NCBI GenBank assembly: GCA_963674745.2
Contig: CAXXDV010000001.1
Location: forward strand, 192,001 to 256,000
Reading direction: 5' to 3'
DNA: 64,000 bases
Source of the DNA: Desulfosudaceae bacterium
GTDB lineage: Bacteria > Desulfobacterota > Desulfobacteria > Desulfobacterales > Desulfosudaceae
A program made the translations under genes and the position numbers. The notes below the pieces were generated by a model. The model saw nothing but the letters and a program-made list of their open reading frames with translations, was not told the origin of the DNA and ran no database searches. This document shows positions 47,782 to 59,723 of the stretch, piece after piece. Numbering within the stretch: the first letter of the stretch is position 1; the number at the start of each line of letters is the position of its first letter.

Positions 47782-48475
47782 TTCAGGGTTCGGGGTTTGA
47801 GGTTTGAGGGGTTGTTGTTTTTCTAATACCCTAATACTTTAACACCTAAAAACATGTATTCTTGAAGGCTAAACAGACTGTCTAATAACCCAAAACAATC
47901 GTCATTCGGACGAGGGCGACCAGCCGGTCGCCCCTACAAGGCGAGCCGGAATGACGAATTGCGGGACATGCTGTAAAGCCTTCCGCTATACATACCTGTA
48001 GGGGCGGCCCCCTGTGGCCGCCCGACAAATGGGCACCCACATGGGGGTGCCCCTACATGGACGTGATTCACAATCGGGCACGGCACGCCGTGCCCCTACG
48101 GGATATGGGTTTGCGATTTGCCGAAGGGGTTGAGGTTCAGGGTTCAGGGTTTGAAGGTTGAGGGGTTGTTGTTACTCTAATGCTTTAACACCTAAAAACA
48201 GGTATTATTGAAGGCTAAACAGGCTGTCTAATAACCCGAAACAATCGTCATTCGGACGAGGGCGACCAGCCGGTCGCCCCTACAAGGCGAGCCGGAATGA
48301 CGAATTGCGGGACATGCTGTAAAGCCTTCCGCTATACATACCTGTAGGGGCGGCCCCCTGTGGCCGCCCGACAAATGGGCACCCACATGGGGGTGCCCCT
48401 ACATGGACGTGATTTGGAATCGGGCACGGCACGCCGTGCCCCTACGGGAATATGGGTCTGCGCTATGCAGAAGGG
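47782..48475. repeat. Tandem duplication (period 346 bp) of a BIME-like block with GTAG-type and CGTC-type REP palindromes
   Basis: GTCATTCGGACGAGGGCGACC at 47901 and 48247; GTAGGGGC...GCCC hairpins. Confidence 0.88.
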
Positions 48476-48544
48476 ATTATAAAGTTTGGGGTTTGAGGCC
48501 CGGATTGGTGGCCCCCAAACAATTGACATATTAGAAGGAGAAAG

Positions 48545-49591
48545 ATGACAGAAGAACAGAGTATCTCCGTTTTACAGCGGTTAAAAGATAATGAGGCCTT
48601 ACTGAGAAAGTTTTATGCGGTTGAAAAAAAGATATTGTCCATTCTGAGTTTTAAGGACCTTTTTGACGTTCTTTTAGCCGAGATCAAGGAGCAGTTCAAC
48701 ATCCCCTTTGTGTGGCTATCGTTCATTAAAAACAGCGACACCCTGGCCCTGATCGACGCCATGAGCGGCCCGGACAATACCATCCAATCCGACATCAATG
48801 TAATTGAAAAAAGCATCTTTTTCGCGCTGATCGGCAACCAGACCGAACCGGTTCTGGCCAATGCGGATTTAAAACCGTTTTATCAGCTGCTTCCCGAAGG
48901 CAAAAGTTTTCTGATCAAATCCATGGCCATCGCCCCGATTACCATGGACGGGGAAACCATCGGCAGTCTCAACCAGGCCGATGCCTCTGAAGCGCGCTTT
49001 CAACCCGACATGGACACCTTTCTGCTGGAACAGCTGGCGGCCAAGGTGTCGCTCTGTCTTTCCAATGTGACGGCCCATGAAAAACTGGAATTTTTGGCCT
49101 ATCATGACCCCCTGACCGGTTTGCTCAACCGGCGCGTCATGGAGACGGTTTTAAAACGGGAGTCCGGCCGGGCCCGGCGGTACGAAATGCCGTTGTCGGT
49201 TGTTTTTATGGATCTGGACTATTTTAAAGCTGTCAACGACACTTACGGCCATGAGGTCGGGGATCAACTGCTGGTCCATCTGGCCAGGAACCTGGAAGAA
49301 AAAAGCCGGGAAACGGATATTGTGGCGCGGTTTGCCGGTGATGAATTTGTGGTCATCCTTCCTGAAACCGCCGGGGAACAGGCACACGCCCTGATGGACC
49401 GTGTTAAACGCCACCTCGAAGAAACCCCCCTGGTTTACGGCGACACATCCATTCCGGTGTCCACCAGTTTCGGCATTGCTTCCATGGATGACGTCGGGCC
49501 CGAGGACGATGCGGCCGCGGTGCTGTTGAAAAAGGCGGATGAACGGCTTTACGTCATAAAAGAGGCCAGAAAGACAAACGCCACACGCTGA
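48545..49591 (+). CDS. GAF/DUF484-like sensor diguanylate cyclase
   Basis: HDPLTGLLNRR, DLDYFKAVNDTYGH, RETD I-site, RFAGDEF. Confidence 0.9.
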   Translation: MTEEQSISVLQRLKDNEALLRKFYAVEKKILSILSFKDLFDVLLAEIKEQFNIPFVWLSFIKNSDTLALIDAMSGPDNTIQSDINVIEKSIFFALIGNQTEPVLANADLKPFYQLLPEGKSFLIKSMAIAPITMDGETIGSLNQADASEARFQPDMDTFLLEQLAAKVSLCLSNVTAHEKLEFLAYHDPLTGLLNRRVMETVLKRESGRARRYEMPLSVVFMDLDYFKAVNDTYGHEVGDQLLVHLARNLEEKSRETDIVARFAGDEFVVILPETAGEQAHALMDRVKRHLEETPLVYGDTSIPVSTSFGIASMDDVGPEDDAAAVLLKKADERLYVIKEARKTNATR

Positions 49592-49612
49592 AGTCGGCAA
49601 CGTGTGGCGTTT
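49576..49612. terminator. Hairpin between convergent genes, possible terminator
   Basis: 12-bp stem AAACGCCACACG / CGTGTGGCGTTT. Confidence 0.5.
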
Positions 49613-49649
49613 ATAAACCGTTATCTAAAAGACGGGCGCTTTTTTAGGG

Positions 49650-50261
49650 TCAGGCGTCCTTGTCTTCTTTTTTATCTTCTTCTGCGGGGGCATCTTCTGG
49701 CACCTCGGCCTGAGCTTCCGCCGGCTCTGTTGTTTCTTCTGCGGGTGCTTCGGCTGCGGTCTCGGCCTCTGCCGGGGCTGCTTCGGCTTCTTCGGCCGGT
49801 GCTGCCGCCGGTTCATCCGCGGCTGCTGGTTTGGCGGCGGCCGGTGTTACCGGGGCCTTCTTTTTAGCGGCTTTGTCTTTCTTCTTTTTCTTTTTCTCTT
49901 CGGTTTCCGGCAGGACCAGTTCCACCACGGTCATCAGCGCCGCATCGCCGGGCCGTCGGCCCACTTTGATCAGGCGCGTGTAGCCGCCGGCTCTGCTGCC
50001 GAACAGCTCCTGCGCATTTTCAAAAAGTTTATGCACAACCGCTTTATCATGTACGATGGATAACGCCTGACGCCTGGCATGAAGATCACCCCTTTTGGCC
50101 AGCGTGACCACATGGTCCGCCCAACGCCTCAATTCTTTGGCCTTGGTGTCGGTGGTGCGAATCCGTTCATGCTTCAATAACGACGTAACCATATTACGGA
50201 ACATGGCATTCCGATGACTGCCTGTTCTTCCCAGCTTTACGCCTGCTTTGCGATGTCTCAT
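49650..50261 (-). CDS. rplQ: 50S ribosomal protein L17 with C-terminal extension
   Basis: [17 protein letters not shown]. Confidence 0.97.
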   Translation of the reverse strand: MRHRKAGVKLGRTGSHRNAMFRNMVTSLLKHERIRTTDTKAKELRRWADHVVTLAKRGDLHARRQALSIVHDKAVVHKLFENAQELFGSRAGGYTRLIKVGRRPGDAALMTVVELVLPETEEKKKKKKDKAAKKKAPVTPAAAKPAAADEPAAAPAEEAEAAPAEAETAAEAPAEETTEPAEAQAEVPEDAPAEEDKKEDKDA

Positions 50262-50267
50262 TACGAC

Positions 50268-51299
50268 TTATTCCTCTTCTTCACTATTCTCGTCTACCTG
50301 CGGTTCAAATCCTTCCAGGTTCATGCCCAGTGAAAGGCCCATTTCCGCAAGCAGCTCTTTGATTTCGTTAAGCGATTTTCGGCCGAAGTTTTTCGTCCGC
50401 AACATCTCGGCTTCGGTCTTCTGGACCAGTTGAAAAATCTTGTCGATTTTCGCGTTTTTGAGGCAATTGGAGCTTCTGACCGACAATTCCAGTTCATTTA
50501 CGCTTCTATGGAGATTTTCGTTAAACTCTTTGCTTTCTCCGGTTTCCTCTTTTTTCGAATATTCCGGTTCCGCGGTCTCGTCAAAATTAATAAACACGTT
50601 CATCTGTTCTTTTAAAATTTTGGCCGCAAACGAGACCGCGTCTTCCGGCAACACACTGCCGTCCGTATGAATTTCCATTGTCAATTTATCATAATCGGTT
50701 TTCTGTTTGACCCTGGCATTACCGACCACGTAGCTGATCCGTTTGATCGGTGAGAACACCGAATCAACAGGAATGGTACCGGCCGGGGCGTCCTCGTCGC
50801 GATTGCTTTCCGCAAGGTTGTAGCCTTTGCCCACCTTGACCGTCATGGTCATCTTCAGCTCGGCGCCTTCCGACAGGGTCGCGATATGTGCTTCGGGATT
50901 CAACACTTCAACCTGTCCGTCCCCGCTGACGATATCAGCGGCAGTAACCGCCCCCTCTCTTTTCACGTCAATGGTAATTTGCTTGGGGTCTGCGCTGGCG
51001 GTTTTCAAACGGACTTCTTTCAAGTTCAGTATAATTTCCGAAATATCTTCTAAGACACCTTCCATAGTGGTGTACTCGTGCATCACCGTTTCTATCTTTA
51101 CGGCTGTTACAGCGGCCCCGTGCAGGGAGGACAGCATAATCCGCCGAAGCGCATTGCCGATGGTGATGCCGAATCCGCGCGCCAGAGGTTCACAAACAAA
51201 CTTTCCATAAAAAGGGGTGGCAGTCTCTACCTGAATTTTTTCGGGCCTGATGATCTCCCGCCAATTCATGTACATCAGTTCATTCAATTCGTTTTCCAT
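50268..51299 (-). CDS. rpoA: RNA polymerase alpha subunit
   Basis: [24 protein letters not shown]. Confidence 0.98.
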   Translation of the reverse strand: MENELNELMYMNWREIIRPEKIQVETATPFYGKFVCEPLARGFGITIGNALRRIMLSSLHGAAVTAVKIETVMHEYTTMEGVLEDISEIILNLKEVRLKTASADPKQITIDVKREGAVTAADIVSGDGQVEVLNPEAHIATLSEGAELKMTMTVKVGKGYNLAESNRDEDAPAGTIPVDSVFSPIKRISYVVGNARVKQKTDYDKLTMEIHTDGSVLPEDAVSFAAKILKEQMNVFINFDETAEPEYSKKEETGESKEFNENLHRSVNELELSVRSSNCLKNAKIDKIFQLVQKTEAEMLRTKNFGRKSLNEIKELLAEMGLSLGMNLEGFEPQVDENSEEEE

Positions 51300-51409
51300 G
51301 GTGATCTCCCAAATAAACCGTAAAACGATTATTCGTCATGACGGCTTACCTTTATTTTTGTCTCGCAAACTGCCATTTGTCTGTGATTTATTGAAACCCG
51401 AATCCGGAT

Positions 51410-52036
51410 TTATTTAGAGTACAACTCAACAATAAACTGTTCGGAAATCGGCATCGTAATATCTTCTCTTGTCGGCAGACTCTGGACGACACCTTTTCGA
51501 TTGTCTTTTTCCAGCACCAACCACTGCGGAACGCCGCGGCGATCAACAGCCGCCAGCGAGTCAGACATGGCCTGCATTTCGCGGCTTTTTTCCACCGGTT
51601 CGATGGTATCACCGGGAGCGGTCAGGTAAGACGGAATGTTCACTTTCTTGCCGTTGACCAGAAAATGATTGTGACGGACAAAGTGACGGGCCTGGGCTCT
51701 GGAACTGACAAACCCCAGACGATAAACCACATTATCCAGCCGGCGCTCCAGAAGCACCAACAGGTTGGTACCGGTCATGCCTTGTTGACGATCGGCTTTA
51801 ACAAATATACGACGAAACTGGAGTTCAGACAGACCATACATGCGTTTGACCTTCTGTTTTTCACGTAACTGAACCCCATAGGGAGAAAACTTGGCGCGCA
51901 TCTGGCCGTGTTCTCCGGGCGGATATCCCCGGCGATCAAAGGCGCATTTATCGGAAAAACAACGATCTCCTTTGAGGAATAATTTTAAATTTTCACGCCT
52001 GCAAAGCCTGCAAACTGATTCTCTATATCTACCCAA
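51410..52036 (-). CDS. rpsD: 30S ribosomal protein S4
   Basis: [25 protein letters not shown]. Confidence 0.98.
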   Translation of the reverse strand: MGRYRESVCRLCRRENLKLFLKGDRCFSDKCAFDRRGYPPGEHGQMRAKFSPYGVQLREKQKVKRMYGLSELQFRRIFVKADRQQGMTGTNLLVLLERRLDNVVYRLGFVSSRAQARHFVRHNHFLVNGKKVNIPSYLTAPGDTIEPVEKSREMQAMSDSLAAVDRRGVPQWLVLEKDNRKGVVQSLPTREDITMPISEQFIVELYSK

Positions 52037-52101
52037 TTACTGCCTCCTTTGACAATCTATACGTAACAAGCGGGACAGTTGTTATCCCGTTTTCCGATTT
52101 A

Positions 52102-52497
52102 TTATACTCTCCGCCGTTTCGGTGGCCGACACCCGTTATGGGGAATAGGCGTGACGTCTTTTATGGTCGTAATCACCAACCCGGCCGCCTGCAGCGCGCG
52201 CAGGGCGGACTCTCTTCCCGGACCAGGGCCTTTGACATAAACTTCAACCGTCTTCATGCCGTGTACCATGGCCTTTTTGACCGCGTCTTCAGACGCCATC
52301 TGGGCGGCAAAGGGTGTGCTTTTCCGAGCGCCCTTGAACCCCCGTCCACCGGCTGAAGACCAGGCAATCACATTGCCGGTCACATCCGTTATGGTAATGA
52401 TGGTATTATTGAAGGTTGATTGAATATGCACCACGCCGGATGAAATATTCTTTCTTGCTGCTTTCTTTTCCTGAGACCCTTTAGATCCTTTAGCCAT
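52102..52497 (-). CDS. rpsK: 30S ribosomal protein S11
   Basis: [18 protein letters not shown]. Confidence 0.98.
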   Translation of the reverse strand: MAKGSKGSQEKKAARKNISSGVVHIQSTFNNTIITITDVTGNVIAWSSAGGRGFKGARKSTPFAAQMASEDAVKKAMVHGMKTVEVYVKGPGPGRESALRALQAAGLVITTIKDVTPIPHNGCRPPKRRRV

Positions 52498-52532
52498 TTA
52501 ACAAACCTGTCCGTTAAGATATGATTATGGAA

Positions 52533-52919
52533 TTATTTTTTCTTTCCGGCCGCGCCCTTTTTCTTAACCGCGGTGCGTCTGGGGCCCTTACGCGTGCGGG
52601 CATTGGTGCTGGTCCGCTGTCCATGACAGGGCAGCCCTTTCCTGTGCCGCAACCCCCGGTAGGAACCGAGATCCATGAGGCGTTTAATGTTCATGGAAAA
52701 TTCAGTCCGCAGCTCACCTTCGACCTTGTAATCATTGGTCACAATGGTCCGGATGTCGTTAATCTCTGTCTCGGTCAACTGACCGACCTTGGTATCATAA
52801 TTGATATTCACCAGGTCCAGGATTTTCCTGGAGGTGGAACGACCAATGCCGAATATATATGTCAGCCCTATTTCTACCCGCTTGTCTTTCGGTAAGTCTA
52901 CGCCAGCAATTCTTGCCAA
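52533..52919 (-). CDS. rpsM: 30S ribosomal protein S13
   Basis: [23 protein letters not shown]. Confidence 0.98.
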   Translation of the reverse strand: MARIAGVDLPKDKRVEIGLTYIFGIGRSTSRKILDLVNINYDTKVGQLTETEINDIRTIVTNDYKVEGELRTEFSMNIKRLMDLGSYRGLRHRKGLPCHGQRTSTNARTRKGPRRTAVKKKGAAGKKK

Positions 52920-52943
52920 AGCACGATCCTCCTGTTTTTAAAA

Positions 52944-53057
52944 CTATCCCTGTCTCTGATTGTGTTTTTTGTTAACACAAATGATTCTGACAACGCCCTT
53001 GCGTCGAACCACCTTGCAGTTTCTACACATCTTCTTGACTGATGCCCTGACTTTCAT
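52944..53057 (-). CDS. rpmJ: 50S ribosomal protein L36
   Basis: Read by hand: [37 protein letters not shown]. Confidence 0.97.
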   Translation of the reverse strand: MKVRASVKKMCRNCKVVRRKGVVRIICVNKKHNQRQG

Positions 53058-53137
53058 AACTCTATACTCCTAGCAGCTGATATGTACGCCACAGTCAGTC
53101 TGCCCATCTGGCCGCCTGTCCGTCATATCCATATAAT

Positions 53138-53356
53138 TTATTTCGACCGGAACGTAATTCTTCCGCGTGAAAGATCGTACGGAGACAGCTCCACCGTTAC
53201 TTTGTCACCCGGCAGAATTTTAATAAAATACATCCGCATTTTACCGGATATATGCGCCAGCACCTGGTGCTTGTTTTCAAGCTCCACCTTGAACATGGCG
53301 TTGGGTAATGTCTCCAGAACAGTACCTTCAACTTTTATTGCTTCTTCTTTTGCCAT
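53138..53356 (-). CDS. infA: Translation initiation factor IF-1
   Basis: LPNAMF, HISGKMR, ELSPYDL. Confidence 0.98.
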   Translation of the reverse strand: MAKEEAIKVEGTVLETLPNAMFKVELENKHQVLAHISGKMRMYFIKILPGDKVTVELSPYDLSRGRITFRSK

Positions 53357-53382
53357 CTACCGACAGGCCTCCAATAATCGAG

Positions 53383-54672
53383 CTATCGTGTTCTTGCCAC
53401 TCTTTTTTTCAAAAACCCTTCGTAGTTTCTCTGTATCATATGCGATTCGATCTGGGCCACGGTATCCACCATGACCTGAACGACAATCAACAGAGCCGTA
53501 CCGCCAAAATAAAAGGGAATATTAAACCGCGTCATCAAGACCGAGGGCAGTACGCAAACCGCGGAGACATAAATGGCACCACCGAGGGTGATGCGGGTCA
53601 ACACCTTGTCAATGTAATCCGCGGTCCGTTTTCCCGGCCGGATACCCGGAATATAACCGCCTTGTTTTTTTAAATTTTCAGCCACATCATCAGGTTTAAA
53701 CGTGACTGCCGTATAGAAGTAGCAAAAGAAAAATATCAGCGCCACATAAAAAATATCGTAAAGCAGATACCCCGGCCGCAATGCCGAGGAGACGCTCTGA
53801 AGCGCCGGTATCTGAATAAATCCCGCCACGGTCGCCGGAAACATCATGATCGACGAAGCGAAAATAGGCGGAATAACACCGGAGGTATTGATCTTCAGCG
53901 GCAGGTGCGTACTCTGTCCGCCGTACATCTTCCGGCCGACCACCCGCTTGGCATATTGAATGGGAATCCGGCGCTGGCCCTGTTCCACAAAAATGATAAC
54001 CCCGATCACGGCAATCATCAATGCCATCAGAACGATCAGCCCGAAAACGCCCATGTCACCGGTGATCATCAGCCGGGATGTGTTGGCGGCGGCCGAAGGC
54101 ATACGGGCCACGATTCCGGCACAGATAATCAGCGAGATACCATTGCCGATACCGCGCTCGGTGATCTGCTCACCCAGCCACATGATAAAAGCCGTACCGG
54201 CCGTCAGTGTAATGATGGTCATGAGTCGAAACGACCATCCCGGGTCGATGACGGCACCCATTTTTTCAATACCCACAGCGATCAGAAAGCCCTGGACAAT
54301 ACTCAGCCCGACGGTTCCATACCGGGTATACTGGGTCAACTTCTTTCTGCCCTGCTCACCTTCCTTTTTCAACTGCTCCAGGTGGGGAACGGCAACCGTC
54401 AAAAGCTCGATAATAATGGCCGCGCTGATGTAAGGCATAATGCCCAGCGCAAAAATGGACAGCTGCTCCAGGGCCCCGCCGGAAAACATGTTGAACATGC
54501 CCAGCATACCGCCTTTGTGCTGCTCAAAAATCTGCGCCAGAATTTCGGCGTTAATTCCCGGTGTGGGAATCTGAACGCCGATCCGATAAACAGCCAGAAG
54601 CGCCAGTGTAAACAGGATGCGCCGCTTCAGCTCCGGTATCTTGAATATATTCTGATAGCCGCTGCCAAACAT
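53383..54672 (-). CDS. secY: Preprotein translocase SecY
   Basis: [28 protein letters not shown]. Confidence 0.98.
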   Translation of the reverse strand: MFGSGYQNIFKIPELKRRILFTLALLAVYRIGVQIPTPGINAEILAQIFEQHKGGMLGMFNMFSGGALEQLSIFALGIMPYISAAIIIELLTVAVPHLEQLKKEGEQGRKKLTQYTRYGTVGLSIVQGFLIAVGIEKMGAVIDPGWSFRLMTIITLTAGTAFIMWLGEQITERGIGNGISLIICAGIVARMPSAAANTSRLMITGDMGVFGLIVLMALMIAVIGVIIFVEQGQRRIPIQYAKRVVGRKMYGGQSTHLPLKINTSGVIPPIFASSIMMFPATVAGFIQIPALQSVSSALRPGYLLYDIFYVALIFFFCYFYTAVTFKPDDVAENLKKQGGYIPGIRPGKRTADYIDKVLTRITLGGAIYVSAVCVLPSVLMTRFNIPFYFGGTALLIVVQVMVDTVAQIESHMIQRNYEGFLKKRVARTR

Positions 54673-55115
54673 TAACTGACCACCTCAATGGTGCCGCCGG
54701 CGGACTCCACCTTCGCCCGGGCGCTTTTGCTGACACTGTTGATTTTAATGGTAAGCGGATGTTTAATGTCGCCCTGACCGAGGAGCTTTATCCCGTCAAA
54801 ACGGTTTTTTACCAGCCCTTTTTCCCGCAGCAGGTTCTCGTCAACCACACTGCCGCTTTCAAATCCGGACAGATCCCTGAGATTGATGGTCGCAATACGT
54901 TTGGCAAAAATATTGGTAAAGCCCCGTTTGGGAAGCCTCCGGTGCAATGGCATCTGCCCGCCTTCAAACCCGGGTCTGACACCGCCGCCGGCCCGGCTGT
55001 TTTCACCTTTTGTTCCTTTGCCGGCCGTTGTGCCCCATCCGGAACCCGGTCCCCGTCCAAGACGTTTTTTGGCTTTTCTGGATCCCTTGGCCGGTGATAA
55101 TTCGTTAAGCCTCAT
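54672..55115 (-). CDS. rplO: 50S ribosomal protein L15
   Basis: [18 protein letters not shown]. Confidence 0.97.
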   Translation of the reverse strand: MRLNELSPAKGSRKAKKRLGRGPGSGWGTTAGKGTKGENSRAGGGVRPGFEGGQMPLHRRLPKRGFTNIFAKRIATINLRDLSGFESGSVVDENLLREKGLVKNRFDGIKLLGQGDIKHPLTIKINSVSKSARAKVESAGGTIEVVS

Positions 55116-55299
55116 CGACATTCTCCTTCACCATCACAAGATGCGAGACCTTATTGATCATCCCTTGCACAGTCGGTGTATCCTGCAGACAGACAGTTTT
55201 GTTTACTTTTGTCAACCCCATAGCCAACAGTACTTTGCGGTGCTTTTGGGGTCGTCCGATCATACTTTTAGTCAATGTAATGTTCAATATCCCTGACAT
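55105..55299 (-). CDS. rpmD: 50S ribosomal protein L30
   Basis: GMINKVSHLV; operon position. Confidence 0.95.
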   Translation of the reverse strand: MSGILNITLTKSMIGRPQKHRKVLLAMGLTKVNKTVCLQDTPTVQGMINKVSHLVMVKENVDEA

Positions 55300-55320
55300 G
55301 ATTCACGCCTTTACCGAATT

Positions 55321-55815
55321 CTATAAGTCTTCGACAGATATTCCCCGTCGAGCCGCGACCTGTTCACGGCTCTGAAGCTCTTTCAGCCCCATGATGGTCG
55401 CCTTGACAACATTATGCGCATTTCGTGTGCCCATACATTTGGTCAGAATGTCGGTTATACCGACAGCTTCCAGGACCGCACGCACGCCGCCGCCGGCGAT
55501 GACCCCCGTTCCTTTCGAAGCGGGTTTCAAAAACACTCGACCGGCACCGTATTTTCCGATGGTCGAATAGGGAATCGTCCCTTCAACCAACGAAACATTA
55601 ATCATGTTCCTTTTGGCCTTTTCAGCACCTTTACGAATCGCCTCCGGCACTTCAGCCGCCTTGCCAAGGCCGTATCCGACGCTGCCCTTACCGTCCCCGA
55701 CAACAACCATGGCGCTGAAATGGAACTTGCGTCCACCCTTAACAACCTTGGAAACACGTTTGATATGCACCACGTTATCAATCAACTGGAGTTCGTCTTT
55801 TTCCTGTTTTAACAA
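55321..55815 (-). CDS. rpsE: 30S ribosomal protein S5
   Basis: [15 protein letters not shown]. Confidence 0.97.
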   Translation of the reverse strand: MLKQEKDELQLIDNVVHIKRVSKVVKGGRKFHFSAMVVVGDGKGSVGYGLGKAAEVPEAIRKGAEKAKRNMINVSLVEGTIPYSTIGKYGAGRVFLKPASKGTGVIAGGGVRAVLEAVGITDILTKCMGTRNAHNVVKATIMGLKELQSREQVAARRGISVEDL

Positions 55816-55888
55816 ACGGCTGCCTCCTCAATATATCTGTCTTGTTTCTTTTTCTTCCGGGAACGAATTGTCTGGGACATCCCGGTCG

Positions 55889-56263
55889 TTAACATTTCAA
55901 CCCTGCTTCACGTGCCCCTTCCAGCACCGCCTTGACCCGTCCATGGTACAGAAAGCCGCCCCGGTCGAACACCACCGCGGTAATGCCTTTCTCCATGGCC
56001 CGCTGGGCTGCCAGCTTGCCCACATAAGTGGCCCGTTCTACTTTCTTTTTCCCGGTCATTTCCGGGCTTTCCTTTACGGCTTTTTCATTGGTAGAGGCCA
56101 TAACAAAGGTCTGCCCTTTGGTATCATCAATAATCTGGGCGCTGATATGCCGGGCGCTCCTGAAAACGCAGAATCTTGGACGCTCCGGCGTGCCATAAAT
56201 TTTTTTACGTATTCTGGTTTTTCTTCTCTGCCGCAGTTGCCGTTTTACGCTTGTGGTACCCAT
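55889..56263 (-). CDS. rplR: 50S ribosomal protein L18
   Basis: [16 protein letters not shown]. Confidence 0.97.
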   Translation of the reverse strand: MGTTSVKRQLRQRRKTRIRKKIYGTPERPRFCVFRSARHISAQIIDDTKGQTFVMASTNEKAVKESPEMTGKKKVERATYVGKLAAQRAMEKGITAVVFDRGGFLYHGRVKAVLEGAREAGLKC

Positions 56264-56280
56264 GTTCTACCCTTTATGAT

Positions 56281-56811
56281 TTATGCCGTCTTTCCGGCCT
56301 TTCTTTGAATATACTCATCCGTGTATTTAATACCCCGGCCTTTATAAGGCTCGGGGGGCCTGAGCCTTCTGATGGAAGCGGCCGTATTTCCCAAAAGTTC
56401 TTTATCGATACTGGACAGGGTCAGCACATTCTTCTCGACCGCGGCGGAAACCCCCTCCGGGAGCGGGAAGTCGATCGGATGGGAGAATCCGATATTCAAC
56501 AGGACATTGCTGCCCTTGACTTCAACCTTGTAACCGATCCCGTTTATCTCAAGGCTGCGCTGATACTTTTTGTCAACGCCTTCAATCATATTAAAGACCA
56601 GAGACCTGGTGAGCCCCTGAAAGGCCAGGGTTTTACGTTCATCGTTAACTGTCGTCACGCTGATGACACCGTCTTCGATCTTTAAATCGACATCCGGATG
56701 CAGATTGCGTGACAGGGTTCCGTGCTCACCTTTCACGGTAATACACTTATCGGCATAGGTAACCTTTACCTTGTCCGGTATTTGAATCAGTTTCTTGCCA
56801 ACTCGAGCCAT
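56281..56811 (-). CDS. rplF: 50S ribosomal protein L6
   Basis: RPPEPYKGRGIKY. Confidence 0.97.
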   Translation of the reverse strand: MARVGKKLIQIPDKVKVTYADKCITVKGEHGTLSRNLHPDVDLKIEDGVISVTTVNDERKTLAFQGLTRSLVFNMIEGVDKKYQRSLEINGIGYKVEVKGSNVLLNIGFSHPIDFPLPEGVSAAVEKNVLTLSSIDKELLGNTAASIRRLRPPEPYKGRGIKYTDEYIQRKAGKTA

Positions 56812-56826
56812 CCTTCACACCTCTTT

Positions 56827-57225
56827 CTACCAGACAGTACAGAGGATTTCGCCTCCGACATTTTCCTTAACCGCCTGCTTGTCCGTCATTAATCCTTTGG
56901 ATGTCGACAGGATCGCAATCCCCGTTCCGCTTCTGACCGGAACGATGTCCTTGCCTTTCGTGTATACACGACGCCCTGTCTTGCTCACCCGCTCAATTCC
57001 GTAAATGACATGGTTTTGTGTCTTGTCGAATTTCAGATAAACACGCAGTACACCCTGCTTGCCATCTTTGATAAACTTGAAATTCTTGATATACCCCTGT
57101 TCCTTGAGTATGGCCGCAATGTCTGTTTTCAGCCTTGAACCGGGTATATCCACGCGGCTGTGCCTGGCTCGGCCGGCGTTTCTGATCCGCGTCAGCATGT
57201 CCGCAATTGGGTCACTCATCGACAT
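56827..57225 (-). CDS. rpsH: 30S ribosomal protein S8
   Basis: DPIADMLTRIRNA. Confidence 0.97.
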   Translation of the reverse strand: MSMSDPIADMLTRIRNAGRARHSRVDIPGSRLKTDIAAILKEQGYIKNFKFIKDGKQGVLRVYLKFDKTQNHVIYGIERVSKTGRRVYTKGKDIVPVRSGTGIAILSTSKGLMTDKQAVKENVGGEILCTVW

Positions 57226-57304
57226 GATTTTTCTTGCCTTTCCTTTGTGCTGTCCTGGTTGTCTTTATTCGCGCGTTACCTGATCAGCATAACTTAATAT
57301 TCGA

Positions 57305-57490
57305 TTACCAGCTTGACTTGGTCACCCCGGGCAGTTTTCCGGTTGACGCCAGTTCCCTGAAACAAATACGGCAGATACCAAATTTTCTGATAAATGCCCT
57401 GGGGCGCCCGCAGAGGGGACACCTGTTATATTGTCTGACACTGAACTTAGGCTTTCGTGCAGCCTTGATCATAAGGGCTTTTTTGGCCAA
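57305..57490 (-). CDS. rpsN: 30S ribosomal protein S14, Zn-binding type Z
   Basis: TTG start at 57490; RCPLCGRPR...CRICFR. Confidence 0.96.
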   Translation of the reverse strand: MAKKALMIKAARKPKFSVRQYNRCPLCGRPRAFIRKFGICRICFRELASTGKLPGVTKSSW

Positions 57491-57512
57491 AATAATCCTC
57501 CCGTTAGTATAT

Positions 57513-58052
57513 TTAGCTCTTAAAAGGCATTCCCATTTCCCGCAGCAACACCCTGGCTTCATCATCGGTGTTGGCCGTGGTAACGATGGTAATATTCAAC
57601 CCTTTAATTTTGTCAATTTTATCATATTCGATTTCAGGAAAAACGATCTGCTCTTTCAAACCGATGGTATAATTACCCCGGCCGTCAAAAGCACCAGCGG
57701 AAATACCGCGAAAGTCCCGGACCCGGGGCAGCGCGATATTCACCAGCTTGTTATAAAAATCGTACATCCGGGTCCTGCGCAATGTCACCATACACCCGAT
57801 AGGCATGCCTTTTCTGAGCTTAAAGGCCGCGATCGACTTCTTGGCGCGCCGGATAACCGGTTGCTGGCCCGCGATAGTCCTTAATTCCTCAACCGCAGAG
57901 TCCAGAATTTTTATATTGTTTATCGCCTCGCCCATTCCCATGTTAAGGACAATTTTTTCCAGTTTGGGCACCTGCATGGGATTGGTATAGCCCAGCTGTT
58001 CCTTCAACTTGGGCGTCACTTCATTCATATAAAAATCTCTAAACGACGACAT
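57513..58052 (-). CDS. rplE: 50S ribosomal protein L5
   Basis: [17 protein letters not shown]. Confidence 0.97.
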   Translation of the reverse strand: MSSFRDFYMNEVTPKLKEQLGYTNPMQVPKLEKIVLNMGMGEAINNIKILDSAVEELRTIAGQQPVIRRAKKSIAAFKLRKGMPIGCMVTLRRTRMYDFYNKLVNIALPRVRDFRGISAGAFDGRGNYTIGLKEQIVFPEIEYDKIDKIKGLNITIVTTANTDDEARVLLREMGMPFKS

Positions 58053-58075
58053 CACCACTCCTGTCTCAACAGCTA

Positions 58076-58402
58076 TCAGTCAATAGTTTCGTTACAATTC
58101 GAGCACATCCGAAGTTTTTTTCCATCTTCCAGCTGTTTAATCTTAATCCTGACGGGTTTAACACATTTGCTGCACATCAGCATCACATTTGACCGATGAA
58201 TGGGAACTTCCTTTTCAACAATACCGCCTTCACGGAACTGGGCATTGGGGCGACGATGGTGCTTCATCATATTGATGTTCTCCACCATGACTCTGTCCTT
58301 TTTTGCATCTACGGACAGCACCTTGCCGATCTTCCCCCGGTCTTTGCCGGATATGACTTTTACCTTATCGTTCTTTTTAATATTCATACTGTTTCGTTGC
58401 AT
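58076..58402 (-). CDS. rplX: 50S ribosomal protein L24
   Basis: [14 protein letters not shown] motif. Confidence 0.96.
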   Translation of the reverse strand: MQRNSMNIKKNDKVKVISGKDRGKIGKVLSVDAKKDRVMVENINMMKHHRRPNAQFREGGIVEKEVPIHRSNVMLMCSKCVKPVRIKIKQLEDGKKLRMCSNCNETID

Positions 58403-58431
58403 TACCCCTGTCTCCGTCTCCGCAAAACCGG

Positions 58432-58800
58432 CTACAACACCTCAGGCGCCAGTGAGATAATTTTCATAAACTTTTTGGCCCGCAGCTCCCTGGCAACAGG
58501 GCCGAAAATACGCGTGCCGAGGGGTTCGTTGTTACCACCGATGAGCACGGCGGAATTATCATCAAACCGGATATAAGAACCATCCGGCCGTTTGGTTTCT
58601 TTTCTGGTCCGGACAATGACCGCCTTGAGCACGTCCCCTTTTTTAACCTTGGAGTTCGGGACCGCTTCTTTGACGGATACAACGATTACATCACCGATCG
58701 AGGCGACTTTCCGTTTGGAGCCTCCCAGCACTTTGATGCAATAGACAATTTTAGCGCCTGAATTGTCGGCCACCTTCAGCCTTGTTTCAACCTGGATCAT
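58432..58800 (-). CDS. rplN: 50S ribosomal protein L14
   Basis: [21 protein letters not shown]. Confidence 0.98.
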   Translation of the reverse strand: MIQVETRLKVADNSGAKIVYCIKVLGGSKRKVASIGDVIVVSVKEAVPNSKVKKGDVLKAVIVRTRKETKRPDGSYIRFDDNSAVLIGGNNEPLGTRIFGPVARELRAKKFMKIISLAPEVL

Positions 58801-58818
58801 TTCTCTATTCCTTTATGC

Positions 58819-59076
58819 TCAAACAGCCTTTTCGACAATATCGGACACGCGCCATCGCTTGGTACGACTTAACGGCCGGGACTCCGTGATCACAACCCGA
58901 TCACCCACACCGCACTGGTTGGCTTCATCATGCGCGGAAAACTTGGATTTCCGTTTTATATATTTTTTATACGTCGCATGCTTGACAAGCTGCTCCACCA
59001 CCACCACGACAGTTTTATCCATTTTGTCGCTGACCACAATCCCTTCAAGTCGTCTTTTCAGTCCTCTGGCTTTCAT
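58819..59076 (-). CDS. rpsQ: 30S ribosomal protein S17
   Basis: [20 protein letters not shown]. Confidence 0.97.
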   Translation of the reverse strand: MKARGLKRRLEGIVVSDKMDKTVVVVVEQLVKHATYKKYIKRKSKFSAHDEANQCGVGDRVVITESRPLSRTKRWRVSDIVEKAV

Positions 59077-59094
59077 GCTTACCTTGCTGTATAT

Positions 59095-59286
59095 TTAGGA
59101 TTTTATCTTGATGTTCAACTCGGTTTTTACCCTGGCGATATCTCGGCGGGCATCTTTCAAGGCACTGGTTTTTTCAAGTTGCCCGGTCTCATGCCGAAAA
59201 CGCAAATTGAAATAGGCCTCTTCAAGTTCGGTGAGTTTTGCCCTCATCTCGTCAACACTTAAAGTTCTAACATCCGCGGCTTTCAT
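59095..59286 (-). CDS. rpmC: 50S ribosomal protein L29
   Basis: FNLRF, RRDIARVKT. Confidence 0.96.
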   Translation of the reverse strand: MKAADVRTLSVDEMRAKLTELEEAYFNLRFRHETGQLEKTSALKDARRDIARVKTELNIKIKS

Positions 59287-59699
59287 TATATTTCTTCCCA
59301 TCTGACAAACTTGGTTTTTACAGGCAACTTGTAGGCAGCCAGCCGCAACGCTTCTTTGGCCACATCTTCCGAAACGCCGCCCATTTCATAAAGTATTCTT
59401 CCGGGACGTACAATCGCGCCCCACCCTTCAGTGGCGCCCTTGCCTTTTCCCATCCGCACTTCAGCCGGTTTCTTGGTAAAAGGTTTATCGGGAAAAATGC
59501 GGATCCAGGTTTTACCGCTTCTCTTGGCATACCGTGTCATAGCGATACGTGCGGCCTCAATCTGCCTTGAGGTAATCATGCCACATTCGACCGCCTGGAG
59601 GCCGAACTCACCAAAATTAACAGTGGTGCCGCAAGTCCGGGTGCCGCGCATTCTACCCCGCTGCTGTTTTCTATATTTTACCTTTTTAGGGCTTAACAT
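59286..59699 (-). CDS. rplP: 50S ribosomal protein L16
   Basis: [18 protein letters not shown]. Confidence 0.98.
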   Translation of the reverse strand: MLSPKKVKYRKQQRGRMRGTRTCGTTVNFGEFGLQAVECGMITSRQIEAARIAMTRYAKRSGKTWIRIFPDKPFTKKPAEVRMGKGKGATEGWGAIVRPGRILYEMGGVSEDVAKEALRLAAYKLPVKTKFVRWEEI

Positions 59700-59723
59700 A
59701 ACCGTCTACTCCTGCTATCCGTT

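Noticed and set aside
48332..48529. 65-aa ORF
   Set aside because: Translation of GTAG-type REPs
49650..49910. Lys-rich then Ala/Glu-rich tail of L17 as a novelty
   Set aside because: Low-complexity L17 extensions are known in several bacterial lineages
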